DNA of 64,000 nucleotides from Nocardioides daejeonensis (GTDB lineage Bacteria > Actinomycetota > Actinomycetes > Propionibacteriales > Nocardioidaceae): contig JBEBTI010000001.1 in NCBI GenBank assembly GCA_040393845.1, forward strand, positions 658 through 64,657, given 5' to 3'. This document shows, in pieces, positions 52,938 through 63,643 of the stretch; position 1 is the stretch's first letter; each line of letters begins with the position of its first letter. The notes beneath the pieces were generated by a model, which had not been told where the DNA came from, did not search any database, and worked only from the letters and a program-made list of their open reading frames with translations. Made by a program: the position numbers and the translations under genes.

Positions 52938-53783
52938 ATGACATCGCAGGTGAGCAGTGGCCGATCAGTGGGCCTGTCGACCCGGATTGCTGTCGATCTG
53001 GTCGGGCGCGGACGGACCGCGCTGGAGACCGCGGGCGCGATGATCGTCCTCGGCATCGAGGCGCTCGTCACTGCCGCGCGTGACATCGTCACCCGACGTT
53101 TCTCCTGGTCGGAGTTCCTCCTCCAGGCGTGGTTCATGAGCCGTGTCTCGATGTTGCCGACGATCCTGGTGGCGATCCCGTTCGGCGTCATCGTGTCGAT
53201 CCAGATCGGCGGCGTGGCAGGCCAGATCGGGGCGGAGTCGTTCTCCGGCGCGGTGAACGGCATCGGCGTCCTTCGCCAAGGTGCTCCTCTGGTCACGTCG
53301 ATCATGATCGCGGGAGCAGTGGGTTCGGCGATCACTGCCGACCTGGGTGCTCGCACGATCCGTGAAGAGGTCGACGCGCTGCGGGTGATGGGCATCAATC
53401 CCGTGCAGCGGCTGGTGGCGCCGCGGGTGGCCGCGGCGCTGTGCGTGGCTTTCTTCCTCAACATTGTCGTCGCCTCGACCTCGATCATCACCGGCTACAC
53501 CCTGAACGTGGGCGGGGGCGCGGTCAGCTCCGGAACCTACATCGCTGCGTTCGTCTCCTTTGCCCAACCGACCGACCTGTTCCTTGCCAGCTTCAAGGCA
53601 CTGATCTTCGGTTTCATCGCCACCATCGTCGCCTGCCACAAGGGACTCACCGCCAGCGGCGGGCCCAAGGGCGTGGCCGATGCGGTCAACGAAGCAGTCG
53701 TGATCAGCGTGATCTCGCTCGCCGTCGTCAACGTCGCTCTCACCCAGGCCTACGTGATGCTCGCCCCGGCCAGGATCGCCTGA
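52938..53783 (+). CDS. YrbEA / MlaE family permease
   Basis: EFLLQAWF, AIPFG, GSAITADLGARTIREEVDALRVMG, GGPKGVADAV. Confidence 0.93.
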   Translation: MTSQVSSGRSVGLSTRIAVDLVGRGRTALETAGAMIVLGIEALVTAARDIVTRRFSWSEFLLQAWFMSRVSMLPTILVAIPFGVIVSIQIGGVAGQIGAESFSGAVNGIGVLRQGAPLVTSIMIAGAVGSAITADLGARTIREEVDALRVMGINPVQRLVAPRVAAALCVAFFLNIVVASTSIITGYTLNVGGGAVSSGTYIAAFVSFAQPTDLFLASFKALIFGFIATIVACHKGLTASGGPKGVADAVNEAVVISVISLAVVNVALTQAYVMLAPARIA

Positions 53784-53792
53784 GGGGCCCGG

Positions 53793-54611
53793 ATGGCGAA
53801 GATGACTGCAGGCCTGCAGGAGAACCTGATCCGGTTCGGTGACTTTGCGTGGTTCTCGTGGACGACCTTCATGGGCACCCGTTTCACGCTGCGTCGTTAC
53901 TATCGCGAAGTGTTGCGCCAGCTCGCCGACATCAGTTGGGGCACCGGTGCCCTCTTGGTCGGCGGCGGCACCGTCGGCGTGATGATTCTGCTCTCGCTCT
54001 CGGCAGGTACGTCGCTGGGCATCGAGGGATTCAACGGTCTCGAACTGATGGGCCTTGCGCCCCTCACCGGCTTCGTGTCCGCCGGGGTCAACACGCGTGA
54101 GCTGGCCCCCCTGGTCGCCGCTCTCGCCCTCGGCGGACAGGTGGGCTGTCGGTTCACCGCGCAGATCGGTTCGATGCGCATCTCCGAGGAGATCGATGCC
54201 CTCGAAGTGATGGCGGTCGAGCCGATGCGCTACCTGGTCACCACCCGCGTGTTGGCGGCGATGTTCGCGATCCTGCCGCTCTACCTGATCGGGCTGATCG
54301 GTGCATGGGCGGCGTCCGAGTTCTCGGTGGTCGTGCTGTTCGACCAGTCCCGCGGCACCTATCAGCACTACTTCTATTCGTTCATCGATGCGAGAGACAT
54401 CCTCTATTCGGTGATCAAGATCCTGGTCTTCGCACTGATCGTCTCGCTGATCCACTGCTGGTTCGGTTACCGCGCCAGCAGTGGTCCGCAGGGCGTGGGA
54501 GAGGCGACCGGCCGGGCGATTCGAGCAAGCATCGTGTCCGTGGTGTTGTGCGACATGCTCCTGACCTTGGTGTTCTGGGGTTCGGATCCGGGCTTCAGGG
54601 TGGCCGGCTGA
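53793..54611 (+). CDS. YrbEB / MlaE family permease
   Basis: TRELAP, TAQIGSMRISEEIDALEVM, RYLVTTR, GPQGVGEATG. Confidence 0.93.
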   Translation: MAKMTAGLQENLIRFGDFAWFSWTTFMGTRFTLRRYYREVLRQLADISWGTGALLVGGGTVGVMILLSLSAGTSLGIEGFNGLELMGLAPLTGFVSAGVNTRELAPLVAALALGGQVGCRFTAQIGSMRISEEIDALEVMAVEPMRYLVTTRVLAAMFAILPLYLIGLIGAWAASEFSVVVLFDQSRGTYQHYFYSFIDARDILYSVIKILVFALIVSLIHCWFGYRASSGPQGVGEATGRAIRASIVSVVLCDMLLTLVFWGSDPGFRVAG

Positions 54612-55636
54612 TGCGCGGGCAGCCCAGTTCCCGGGTGCTGACCGCCCGGGCGAGCGTGATCCTGGTCGTCGTGGTCGCCCTGGTCGGCCTGCTGTTGATG
54701 AAGTCGTTCGGTGTGTTCGACGACAAGGTCCAGGTGGTGGCCAGGGTCGACTCGGCCGGCGGCGCACTGACAGTTGGCGCAGAGGTCAAGCTCGACGGTG
54801 TCGTGGTCGGTGAGGTCGCCTCGATCGATCCGGCTCGGAAGGGGGTCGAGCTGGCCCTCGACCTCGACCCCGACAAGACCGACCGGGTCCCCTCGAACGT
54901 GACGGTCAGGATCCTGCCGATCAGCATCTTCGGTGCGGCGTACGTCGAGTTGCTGCGTCCGGAGCAGCCCGCTTCCGCGGTCACCGAGAACGCGGTCCTG
55001 CGTCAGGACGAATCGTCGGCGACGATCGAACTCGGTGACCTCCTCGAGGAGACCGAGGCGCTGGTCGACGCACTCGGGCCCGCCGAGTTGGCCACCGCGT
55101 TGGAGACCTTCGCGGGCACGCTCGACGGCCGTGGCGACGACATCGGCAAGATGATCGAGACCGCGAATCGCGCGGTGCAGCGGCTCGATCCGCTGATGCC
55201 ACTGATCCGCGAGGACCTGCGACTGGCGACCATCGTCTCCCAGACCGTCTCGCGAATCACCCCCAACCTCTTCACAGCGCTGGAAGGTCTGGTCGCGGGC
55301 GCTCACACCCTCATCGACCGGGAGGAGGAGTTCGTGAAGGTGCTCGAGGGATTCAGCACCGCCAGTGACTCCGTCGAGTCGATCGTCACCGACAACGACC
55401 AGGCGTTGCGTGCCGGTGTGCCTTACCTGCGGCGGGTGGTCAGCGCCCTCTACATCGCTCGTGGAGACCTGCCGAGCAACTTCACCGCGATCATCGCGCT
55501 GGCAGCCGGAGCGATCCCCGCACTGAGCCACGGTCCCTACATGCGGATCGATGCAGACCTGCGGCTCCGGGACAAGCCCGAATACACCCGCAGCGACTGT
55601 CCGTCGTACGGCGGGCTCCGTGGGAAGGGGTGCTGA
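54611..55636 (+). CDS. Mce family protein MceA
   Basis: TM plus MlaD domain (LTVGAEVKLDGVVVGEV, SIFGAAYVEL), helical repeat region, C-terminal CP.YG.L.G.GC. Confidence 0.9.
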   Translation: MRGQPSSRVLTARASVILVVVVALVGLLLMKSFGVFDDKVQVVARVDSAGGALTVGAEVKLDGVVVGEVASIDPARKGVELALDLDPDKTDRVPSNVTVRILPISIFGAAYVELLRPEQPASAVTENAVLRQDESSATIELGDLLEETEALVDALGPAELATALETFAGTLDGRGDDIGKMIETANRAVQRLDPLMPLIREDLRLATIVSQTVSRITPNLFTALEGLVAGAHTLIDREEEFVKVLEGFSTASDSVESIVTDNDQALRAGVPYLRRVVSALYIARGDLPSNFTAIIALAAGAIPALSHGPYMRIDADLRLRDKPEYTRSDCPSYGGLRGKGC

Positions 55637-56655
55637 TGGAGAAGGGAGTCAAGGCGATCGCGGTCAAGTTCGCGATCTTCGGCCTGATCTCGATCCTGTT
55701 GTTCGTCGCGCTCTACAACACGATGACCAACAATGTCGCGGGCAAGCAGCACACCCTGCAGGCGGACTTCACCAACGTCAGCGGGCTGCGTGAGGGTGAC
55801 GACGTGCGCATCTCCGGTGTCAAGGTCGGCCGCGTCGAAACGGTGGAGGTGAAGGACAACCATCTCGCACAGGTCACCTTCACCGTTCAGGCCGCCCAGC
55901 AGATCACCGACACCACCCGCGTCACGATGCGCTACCAGAACCTCCTCGGCCAGAAGTACCTCGCGTTGACTCCCGGGAAGGACCGTGGGGAGCGACTCGT
56001 CGACGGCGACACCATCGAGCTGCGCAACACCGACGACGGGTTCGACCTCACTGCGCTGCTCAACGGTTTCGAGCCGCTCTTCAACGTGCTGTCGCCGGCC
56101 GACATGAACACGCTGGCGGAGAACATCGTGGCGGTGTTGCAGGGTGAGTCGGGCAGCGTGGAGTCGTTGCTCGCGCAGACCGGAGACTTCACCTCCTTCC
56201 TCGCCGATCGCGAGGATGTCTTCGACGAGGTGGTCACCAACCTCACGCCGGTCGTCGAGAACCTGGCCAGCCAGTCGGACCAGTTCGACACGGCTCTCGT
56301 CGAGATGCGCAAGCTGGTGGCGGGCCTCAACGACGGCAGTGACGAGTTCTTCTCTGCAATGCGTGGCATCGGCGGCAACCTCGATTCCACGAGCCAGTTG
56401 GTCAACGACCTTCGGCCGTCGGTGACCAGCGCGATCCGACAGATCCACGCCTTCGGCGACACCCTGCGGCGTGGGACCCCGATCATCGAGGATGCCTTCT
56501 CAGTGCTCCCCGACATGGTCGGCGCATTCGTCCGGTCCATGTCCTACGGCAGTCACCTGCAGGTCTACAACTGCGCGTTCGGTATCCGACTGGTCGGCGA
56601 GAACCCGATCTGGCTCGGCCGCGCTGACGGACCGCATTCGGAGGCATGCAAGTGA
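55636..56655 (+). CDS. Mce family protein MceB
   Basis: ADFTNVSGLREGDDVRISGVKVG, RYQNLLGQKYL, DLTALLNGFEPLF, YGS..QVYNC. Confidence 0.92.
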   Translation: MEKGVKAIAVKFAIFGLISILLFVALYNTMTNNVAGKQHTLQADFTNVSGLREGDDVRISGVKVGRVETVEVKDNHLAQVTFTVQAAQQITDTTRVTMRYQNLLGQKYLALTPGKDRGERLVDGDTIELRNTDDGFDLTALLNGFEPLFNVLSPADMNTLAENIVAVLQGESGSVESLLAQTGDFTSFLADREDVFDEVVTNLTPVVENLASQSDQFDTALVEMRKLVAGLNDGSDEFFSAMRGIGGNLDSTSQLVNDLRPSVTSAIRQIHAFGDTLRRGTPIIEDAFSVLPDMVGAFVRSMSYGSHLQVYNCAFGIRLVGENPIWLGRADGPHSEACK

Positions 56656-57629
56656 AGATCGCAAGGACCCCTCAGGGCTATCGACGGATCGGGGTCGTCG
56701 GCGCTGCACTCGTCGCGGTGATGGCCGCGTTGATCGCTGCCACGTCGGCATTCCCGTTCGGCGAGAACAGCTATGTCGCTGAACTCGAGCACACTGCGGG
56801 TCTCCGGGTCGGCGAAGAGGTGCAGGTCGCCGGCGTCGGAGTCGGCGAGGTGCGCAGCATCGAACTCGAGGACACGCACGTGCGGGTCGAGTTCACCGTC
56901 GACAAGGACATCGATCTGGGCCGTGACACCACCGTCGAGGTGAAGGTCGCCACTCTGCTCGGCACGCACTTCCTGCTCGTCAACCCGCAGGGTGGCGGCG
57001 GTCTGGTCGACGACACCGTCCCGCTCTCGCAGACGCGGGTGCCGTTCAACCTGCAGGACGTGATCAACGAGACCGGTGATCTGGCCGAGGATCTCGACGT
57101 CGACACCATCAGCAGCGCCCTCAACGAGGTGGCACGTGCGATGACCGCCTCGAGCGAGGAGTTCCTGCCCGCGTTGGAAGGCATCTCGTCCTTGTCGAAG
57201 GTGCTGGCACGCCGTTCCACGGAGATCGGTGAACTGCTGGAGTCGACGGCGACGTTCAGCGAGGAGTTGGCTGGCAACACCGACGACATCACGGGCCTGA
57301 TGAAGCAGTCGAACACGCTGCTCACCCAACTCCTGCAACGACGCGACGACCTGCACACGTTGTTGGACGATCTCCGTTCGGTGGGCGAGGAACTCAGCAG
57401 CCTCTTCGAGGAGAACGAGGGCAGGGTCGGACCGATGCTCACGAGTCTGAACAACACGATCGACCTGCTGACCCGCAACCACAAGACGTTGGGTCAGGTT
57501 GCCGACCTGCTCGGGCCGGCAGCGCGTTACCTGGCGAACGCGACCGGCACCGGAAGCTGGCTCGACCAGTACATGCAGGAGATCACTCCGGACGGACTTC
57601 GTTGCCTCCAGGAAGGGAACTGCAAATGA
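56652..57629 (+). CDS. Mce family protein MceC
   Basis: AGLRVGEEVQVAGVGVGEV, TLLG, TRVPFNL, LANATGTG.W.D.Y; GTGA overlap. Confidence 0.92.
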   Translation: MKIARTPQGYRRIGVVGAALVAVMAALIAATSAFPFGENSYVAELEHTAGLRVGEEVQVAGVGVGEVRSIELEDTHVRVEFTVDKDIDLGRDTTVEVKVATLLGTHFLLVNPQGGGGLVDDTVPLSQTRVPFNLQDVINETGDLAEDLDVDTISSALNEVARAMTASSEEFLPALEGISSLSKVLARRSTEIGELLESTATFSEELAGNTDDITGLMKQSNTLLTQLLQRRDDLHTLLDDLRSVGEELSSLFEENEGRVGPMLTSLNNTIDLLTRNHKTLGQVADLLGPAARYLANATGTGSWLDQYMQEITPDGLRCLQEGNCK

Positions 57630-58699
57630 GGGCGCGGTTGAGGTCTGTTCTCGGCCGTGGACTGGCCGGCGCACTGCTGGTGCCCGTACTCGCCTCGTGC
57701 GGTGTCTTCGGTGAGGACATGATCACCGTGAAGGTCGAACTGGCCGACAGCTCCGGCCTGTTCGTGGGCAACGACGTCGGCGTGCTCGGCGTCGCTGTCG
57801 GCGAGGTCACCGAGATCGAACCGAAGGGGGACCACGTGCTGGTCACCCTCGAGGTGGAGGCCGACGTCAAGGTCCCGAAGGACGCTGGAGCGGTCGTGGT
57901 CTCACGGTCGCTGGCGACCGACCGTTATGTCGAGCTCACCCCGGCGTGGTCCGAGGGGCCGACGATGTCGGACGGGGCGGTGATCGCGCAGGAGCAGACC
58001 CGGACCCCGGTCGAGTGGGACGAGGTGTTGGGTGCGATCGACACCCTCGCCGAAGGGCTCAACGGCACCGGCAAGGACGGACAGCCGATCAGACGGCTGA
58101 TCAACCGGACCGCCAAGCTCTTCGACGGCAACGGGACCGTGGTGCGCGACGCGATCCGTGACCTGGTCGCCGGCACCGGAGTCTTCGCCGACCACCGTGA
58201 CGACTTCGTCTCGGCCCTCGACAACCTTGACCTGTTGACCGCCGACATCGCGGACAACCAGCAGGTCGCCCACCGGTTCATCGACAACATCGCGCAGGCG
58301 ACACAGTTGGTCGATGACGAGAAGACGAACCTGCGCGAGGCGACCGAGAACATCGCGGAGACGATCAGGCTGCTCGGTGTGTTCGTGGAGCGCAACGAGG
58401 AGCGACTCGGTGGCACTGCTGACCGGATCGAAGACCTGTCTGCTCGGATCCTGAAGCACCAGGAGTCGTTCACCGAGGGCCTCCGGGTGTTCCCGGTCGC
58501 GATGGAGAACGTCGGCAACGCCGTGAACGCCCGCGGCCGGATGGACATCAAGTTGCCGATCCTGATGACCCTTCCCGGCGCCCAGGTCATCGACAGTCTC
58601 TGTGGCCTGCTGCCGGCCGGGCTCTGTGCCGAGATCGGACCCGACCTGAACCTGGTCGCCATCTTGCAGGCGCTCCTCGACAACGGGGGTCGGAGATGA
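57626..58699 (+). CDS. Mce family protein MceD (with predicted lipobox)
   Basis: GLFVGNDVGVLGVAVGEV, SLATDRYVELTP, TRTPVEWD; N-terminal LASC. Confidence 0.9.
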   Translation: MRARLRSVLGRGLAGALLVPVLASCGVFGEDMITVKVELADSSGLFVGNDVGVLGVAVGEVTEIEPKGDHVLVTLEVEADVKVPKDAGAVVVSRSLATDRYVELTPAWSEGPTMSDGAVIAQEQTRTPVEWDEVLGAIDTLAEGLNGTGKDGQPIRRLINRTAKLFDGNGTVVRDAIRDLVAGTGVFADHRDDFVSALDNLDLLTADIADNQQVAHRFIDNIAQATQLVDDEKTNLREATENIAETIRLLGVFVERNEERLGGTADRIEDLSARILKHQESFTEGLRVFPVAMENVGNAVNARGRMDIKLPILMTLPGAQVIDSLCGLLPAGLCAEIGPDLNLVAILQALLDNGGRR

Positions 58700-59712
58700 T
58701 GAATCGGGTGCAGCATGGTTGGCACGTGGTGTGCCTCACCTTGGCCATGGTGGTGATGACCGGATGCTCGGCGCTCAACGCCGAGAACATTCCGGTCCGG
58801 AGTGGAATCGAGGACGGCTACCCCGTCACTGTCTTCTTCCCCGACGCACTCAACCTCGCGGTCGGCGCAACCGTCAAGATCGACGGCGCCAAGGTCGGCA
58901 AGGTCGAGAAGGTCACCACCGAGGACTTCCAGGCCAAGGTGGAGTTGGTCATCGACGGAAGGACCGAGTTGCCGGTCGGGACCACCTTCCGACTCCGGCC
59001 GACCACCGCTCTCGGAGAACTGTTCGTCGACGTGCTGCGTGCCGACAGCACCAAGATGATCGCCTCGGGTGCGGTGATCCCGGCCGAGGAGACGCGGAGC
59101 GCGCCCACGGTGGAGGACGCGCTGGCTGCGGCGTCCCTGTTGATCAACGGTGGTTCGCTGAGCCAGATCAAGACCATCGTCAATGAGGTCAACGAGTCGC
59201 TCGACGGCCGCACCGGCACGGTCAAGGACTTCCTGCACGGCGCGAACCGACTGCTCGAGAGCCTCAACGACGGCCGCCAGGACCTCGACGGTCTGTTGCG
59301 CGCCCTCGCCGACACCTCCAAGCTGCTCAACCAGCGCGAGGCCGAGATCAACGAAGCCTTGGCAGTGGCCGGACCGGCTGCCAAAGTGCTTGCTCGCAAC
59401 AGTGACGACGTGACTGCCCTGCTGACGCGGATCGAAGGGATGAGCGAGAGCGTCGACGCTCTGGTGAGCGTGACCCGGGCCGACCTGACCCGCACGCTTG
59501 CTGAGCTGAGCCCCGTGATCAGCGCGCTCAACGGAACCAAGGCCGAGGCCAAGGCCGCGCTGCTCAAGGTCATCGAGCTCACCCCCAAGCTGGACCGGGC
59601 GATCCCGACCGACTACCTCAACCTGCTGCTGGTGCTGGAGACGACGGCCGAGGGGCTGACTGACACGACCCAGCGAGCCACCGCGAAGCCCAGGAAGGCG
59701 GCCCGGCGATGA
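58696..59712 (+). CDS. Mce family lipoprotein MceE
   Basis: Lipobox MTGC; FPDALNL..GATVKIDG..VG.V, TALGELFV, APTVEDAL, I..DYLNL. Confidence 0.9.
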   Translation: MMNRVQHGWHVVCLTLAMVVMTGCSALNAENIPVRSGIEDGYPVTVFFPDALNLAVGATVKIDGAKVGKVEKVTTEDFQAKVELVIDGRTELPVGTTFRLRPTTALGELFVDVLRADSTKMIASGAVIPAEETRSAPTVEDALAAASLLINGGSLSQIKTIVNEVNESLDGRTGTVKDFLHGANRLLESLNDGRQDLDGLLRALADTSKLLNQREAEINEALAVAGPAAKVLARNSDDVTALLTRIEGMSESVDALVSVTRADLTRTLAELSPVISALNGTKAEAKAALLKVIELTPKLDRAIPTDYLNLLLVLETTAEGLTDTTQRATAKPRKAARR

Positions 59713-60812
59713 AGAACAAGGCAGCAGCCCAGGCGTCCCTGCGCAAGCTCGTCGTCGGTGCGGTCGTCCTCTTCGGTGTCTTCGTGCTCTGCGTGGCGGT
59801 GATCTTCAGCTGGATCCTGCAGGCGCCGCTGGGCAAGGAACGTGCCGAGATCACGGTGCAGATGCCGCGCACCGGTGGACTCTTCGAGGGTTCCGAAGCC
59901 ACCTACCGCGGTGTCGCTGTCGGACGGGTCACCAGGATCGACCTCGCCGAGGACGATGGGATCGAGGTGACGGTGCGCCTGAAACCCGGCGCCGAGGTGC
60001 CGAAGGACTCCACCGCCAAGGTCCGCAGTCTGTCACCGGTGGGGGAGCAGTACGTCGACTTCCGGCCGACCAGCGCCGGCGGCCCCTACCTCGCCGACGG
60101 CGACACGATCAGCGCCAGCGCGACCGACCTGCCGGTCTCGATCGCCAAGATGGTCAGTGGGCTGCAAGCCGCGCTGAGGCAGGTCGACCCCGACAAGGTG
60201 CGCACGGTGCTCCGCGAGGTGAACACGGCCTTCGAGGGCAGTGGTGACGACCTGCGGGAACTGGTCGACAACACGGAGTTGCTCCTCGAGACGATCGACA
60301 CCACAATGCCGACCTTCGAGCGGGTCCTCGTCAACGGTCGCACCACATTGCAGATCGTGACTCGCAACCGGGCCGAGTTCGTCACTCTCGCCGCCGCCGC
60401 CGCGCGGATCGGGACGTGGTACCTCGACTGGGACCCCGGCGTGCGCCAGTTGCTGACCAGGGTGCCGAAGGACCTCGCGAAGGTGCAGATCCTGCTCACC
60501 GACGTCGACCGCCGTCTGCCGAAGTTCATGAAGGAGGTCAACGCGTTGTCCAGGATGCTCGCGTTGCACGGCCCGGCTCTGACGGCAACGCTGCGGACCG
60601 TGCCCTACGGCATCGGTCAGTTCGCCTCGGTGATGCGCAACGGCTACTTCAACGTGACCGCGAACATCAACGGGCAGGAGTTGTGCGACTACGGCGTCAC
60701 CCGTCGCAACCCGACCCACGTGGATCGGCAGTCACCCAACCTGAACGGCCACTGTGGCAGCGGAGCTCCGTGGCGAAGCGCCGCACACGCTCCGCCGGCG
60801 TTGACCCGCTGA
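59709..60812 (+). CDS. Mce family protein MceF
   Basis: TGGLFEGSEATYRGVAVGRV, SLSPVGEQYVDF, C-terminal C.YG. Confidence 0.9.
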   Translation: MKNKAAAQASLRKLVVGAVVLFGVFVLCVAVIFSWILQAPLGKERAEITVQMPRTGGLFEGSEATYRGVAVGRVTRIDLAEDDGIEVTVRLKPGAEVPKDSTAKVRSLSPVGEQYVDFRPTSAGGPYLADGDTISASATDLPVSIAKMVSGLQAALRQVDPDKVRTVLREVNTAFEGSGDDLRELVDNTELLLETIDTTMPTFERVLVNGRTTLQIVTRNRAEFVTLAAAAARIGTWYLDWDPGVRQLLTRVPKDLAKVQILLTDVDRRLPKFMKEVNALSRMLALHGPALTATLRTVPYGIGQFASVMRNGYFNVTANINGQELCDYGVTRRNPTHVDRQSPNLNGHCGSGAPWRSAAHAPPALTR

Positions 60813-61361
60813 TCAGCGGGCGCGGTCCGGCTGGACCCTGAGCACGCCGAGCGTGGTGGCGAGCATGCGGTAGTGGCCGACCAGCATCAGTAGTTCGATG
60901 CTGGTGCGCTCGTCGAACTCGGTGCTGACGAGGGTCCAGGTCTCGTCGGTCAGGTCGTCCAGCGCGAACAGTTCGTCGGTGACACGGATCAACAGGCCGT
61001 CGCGGTGGGACCAGAGATCACCCGGCTCGCCGTCGAGAGTGCGCAGGGCAGTGATCTCGACATCGGTGAGTCCGGCCCTGGCACCCATCCCTGCATGCTG
61101 CGTCCACTCATACTCGGACCCTGCCCGGGCAGCGACGCGAAGGATCACCAGCTCCGTCTCGCGCCGCGGCAACCGACCGCCGGGCATCAGCCGGCCGGCG
61201 AAGTGCAGCCAGCCCCAGAAGAGGCGACGGTTCCGGCCGAGGGTCAAGAAGATCGCCGGCGGCTCCGTGCGCGCCACTCGGCCGGCGAGGCGGGAGAAGC
61301 CCCAGACGAAGGGACCCACTTCACGGAGTCTGCCGGGGGTGAGGCGGGCCGACGTACTCAT
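60813..61361 (-). CDS. Carboxymuconolactone decarboxylase (CMD/AhpD-fold) protein lacking cysteines
   Basis: LMPGGRLPRRETELVILRVA..GSEYEWTQH, VGHYRML; ATGA overlap with the SDR. Confidence 0.85.
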   Translation of the reverse strand: MSTSARLTPGRLREVGPFVWGFSRLAGRVARTEPPAIFLTLGRNRRLFWGWLHFAGRLMPGGRLPRRETELVILRVAARAGSEYEWTQHAGMGARAGLTDVEITALRTLDGEPGDLWSHRDGLLIRVTDELFALDDLTDETWTLVSTEFDERTSIELLMLVGHYRMLATTLGVLRVQPDRAR

Positions 61362-62263
61362 CGAGCCGTCCGGCCCGCGCCGACCTGCGGCGTGGCGCGA
61401 CGTGCGCGCTCCACGTCGGGCAGGGCCTTGTTGGCTCCGTAGTTCATCACCCGCATCGCGGCGTTGTAGCCGAACGGCAGGTAGCGCTGCAGCCAGTGGA
61501 CCATCCGGATGTCGTTGGAGGTGTAGACCCAGTAGCGGTTGCGGCGGATGCCCGTGATGATCGCTCCTGCCGCGTCCTCGGGACTCACTGCGCGCTTCTT
61601 GAAGTGGCCGCGAGCGCGTTCGAACGCCTTGGAGCTGGTGTCGACCCCGGCGATGTTGATGGTCTCGGTGAGGCCGGTGTCGACACCACCCGGGCAGACC
61701 AGGCTCACGCCGATGCCGTACTTGGCGAGGTCGAAGCGGAGCACCTCCGACACACCGCGCAGACCGAACTTGCTGGCCGAGTACGCCGCGTGCCACGGCA
61801 TCCCGATGATGCCCGCCGCGGAGGAGACGTTGACCAGCTGACCACCACGGCCGGTCTCGATCATCGGGGGCACCAGTGCCTCGATGACCTGGATCGGGCC
61901 CATCAGGTTGATCTCGAGGAGTTGGCGCCAGTGGTCGTGTTCGAGCGAGCGGACCGTGCCCCACGTCGAGATGCCGGCGATGTTGGCGACGACGTCCATC
62001 GCTCCCCAGCCGGAGGTGAGTTCGGCGGCCAGCGCGTTGACGGCGTCGACGTCACTGATGTCGACGGCCCGGACCAGACCGACCGATCCACCGGCAGCGC
62101 GGATGCCGGCTGCGGTCTCCTCGAGCGGCTCGGAGTTGCGGTCGGTCAGATGGACGGTGGCCCCCTCGCGAGCGGCGAGTCGCGCCGTGGCGCGACCGAT
62201 GCCACTCGCCGCACCGGTCACGAAGAAGTGTTTGCCGGACAGGTCCCGTAGACGGCGACGCAT
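61358..62263 (-). CDS. SDR family oxidoreductase
   Basis: VTGAASGIG, NIAG, NVSS, YSASKFG, CPGGVDT; RBS AGGAGAG. Confidence 0.92.
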   Translation of the reverse strand: MRRRLRDLSGKHFFVTGAASGIGRATARLAAREGATVHLTDRNSEPLEETAAGIRAAGGSVGLVRAVDISDVDAVNALAAELTSGWGAMDVVANIAGISTWGTVRSLEHDHWRQLLEINLMGPIQVIEALVPPMIETGRGGQLVNVSSAAGIIGMPWHAAYSASKFGLRGVSEVLRFDLAKYGIGVSLVCPGGVDTGLTETINIAGVDTSSKAFERARGHFKKRAVSPEDAAGAIITGIRRNRYWVYTSNDIRMVHWLQRYLPFGYNAAMRVMNYGANKALPDVERARRATPQVGAGRTAR

Positions 62264-62312
62264 TGCTCTCCTCGGAAGGTGGGTGGGGAAGACGCCTCCA
62301 TCGTGCCAGAAC

Positions 62313-62326
62313 CTACTGGGAGGTAA
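62313..62326. promoter_or_regulatory. Operator-like CTACTGGGAGGTAA (TAC-N6-GTA family) upstream of SDR-CMD
   Basis: 7 nt upstream of a minus-strand -10-like CACGAT (62300-62305). Confidence 0.4.
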
Positions 62327-62333
62327 TCGGAAA

Positions 62334-63602
<1,269 letters not shown>

Positions 63603-63614
63603 CCAAGCATGTGC

Positions 63615-63636
63615 TGACGGGGGCTGCTCGTAGGCT
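63615..63636 (+). promoter_or_regulatory. RecA-NDp/PafBC-type DNA-damage promoter of uvrB
   Basis: TGACGG-N10-TAGGCT, one mismatch to TGTCRG-N10-TANNNT, 7 nt before the ATG. Confidence 0.55.
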
Positions 63637-63643
63637 GACCGGT

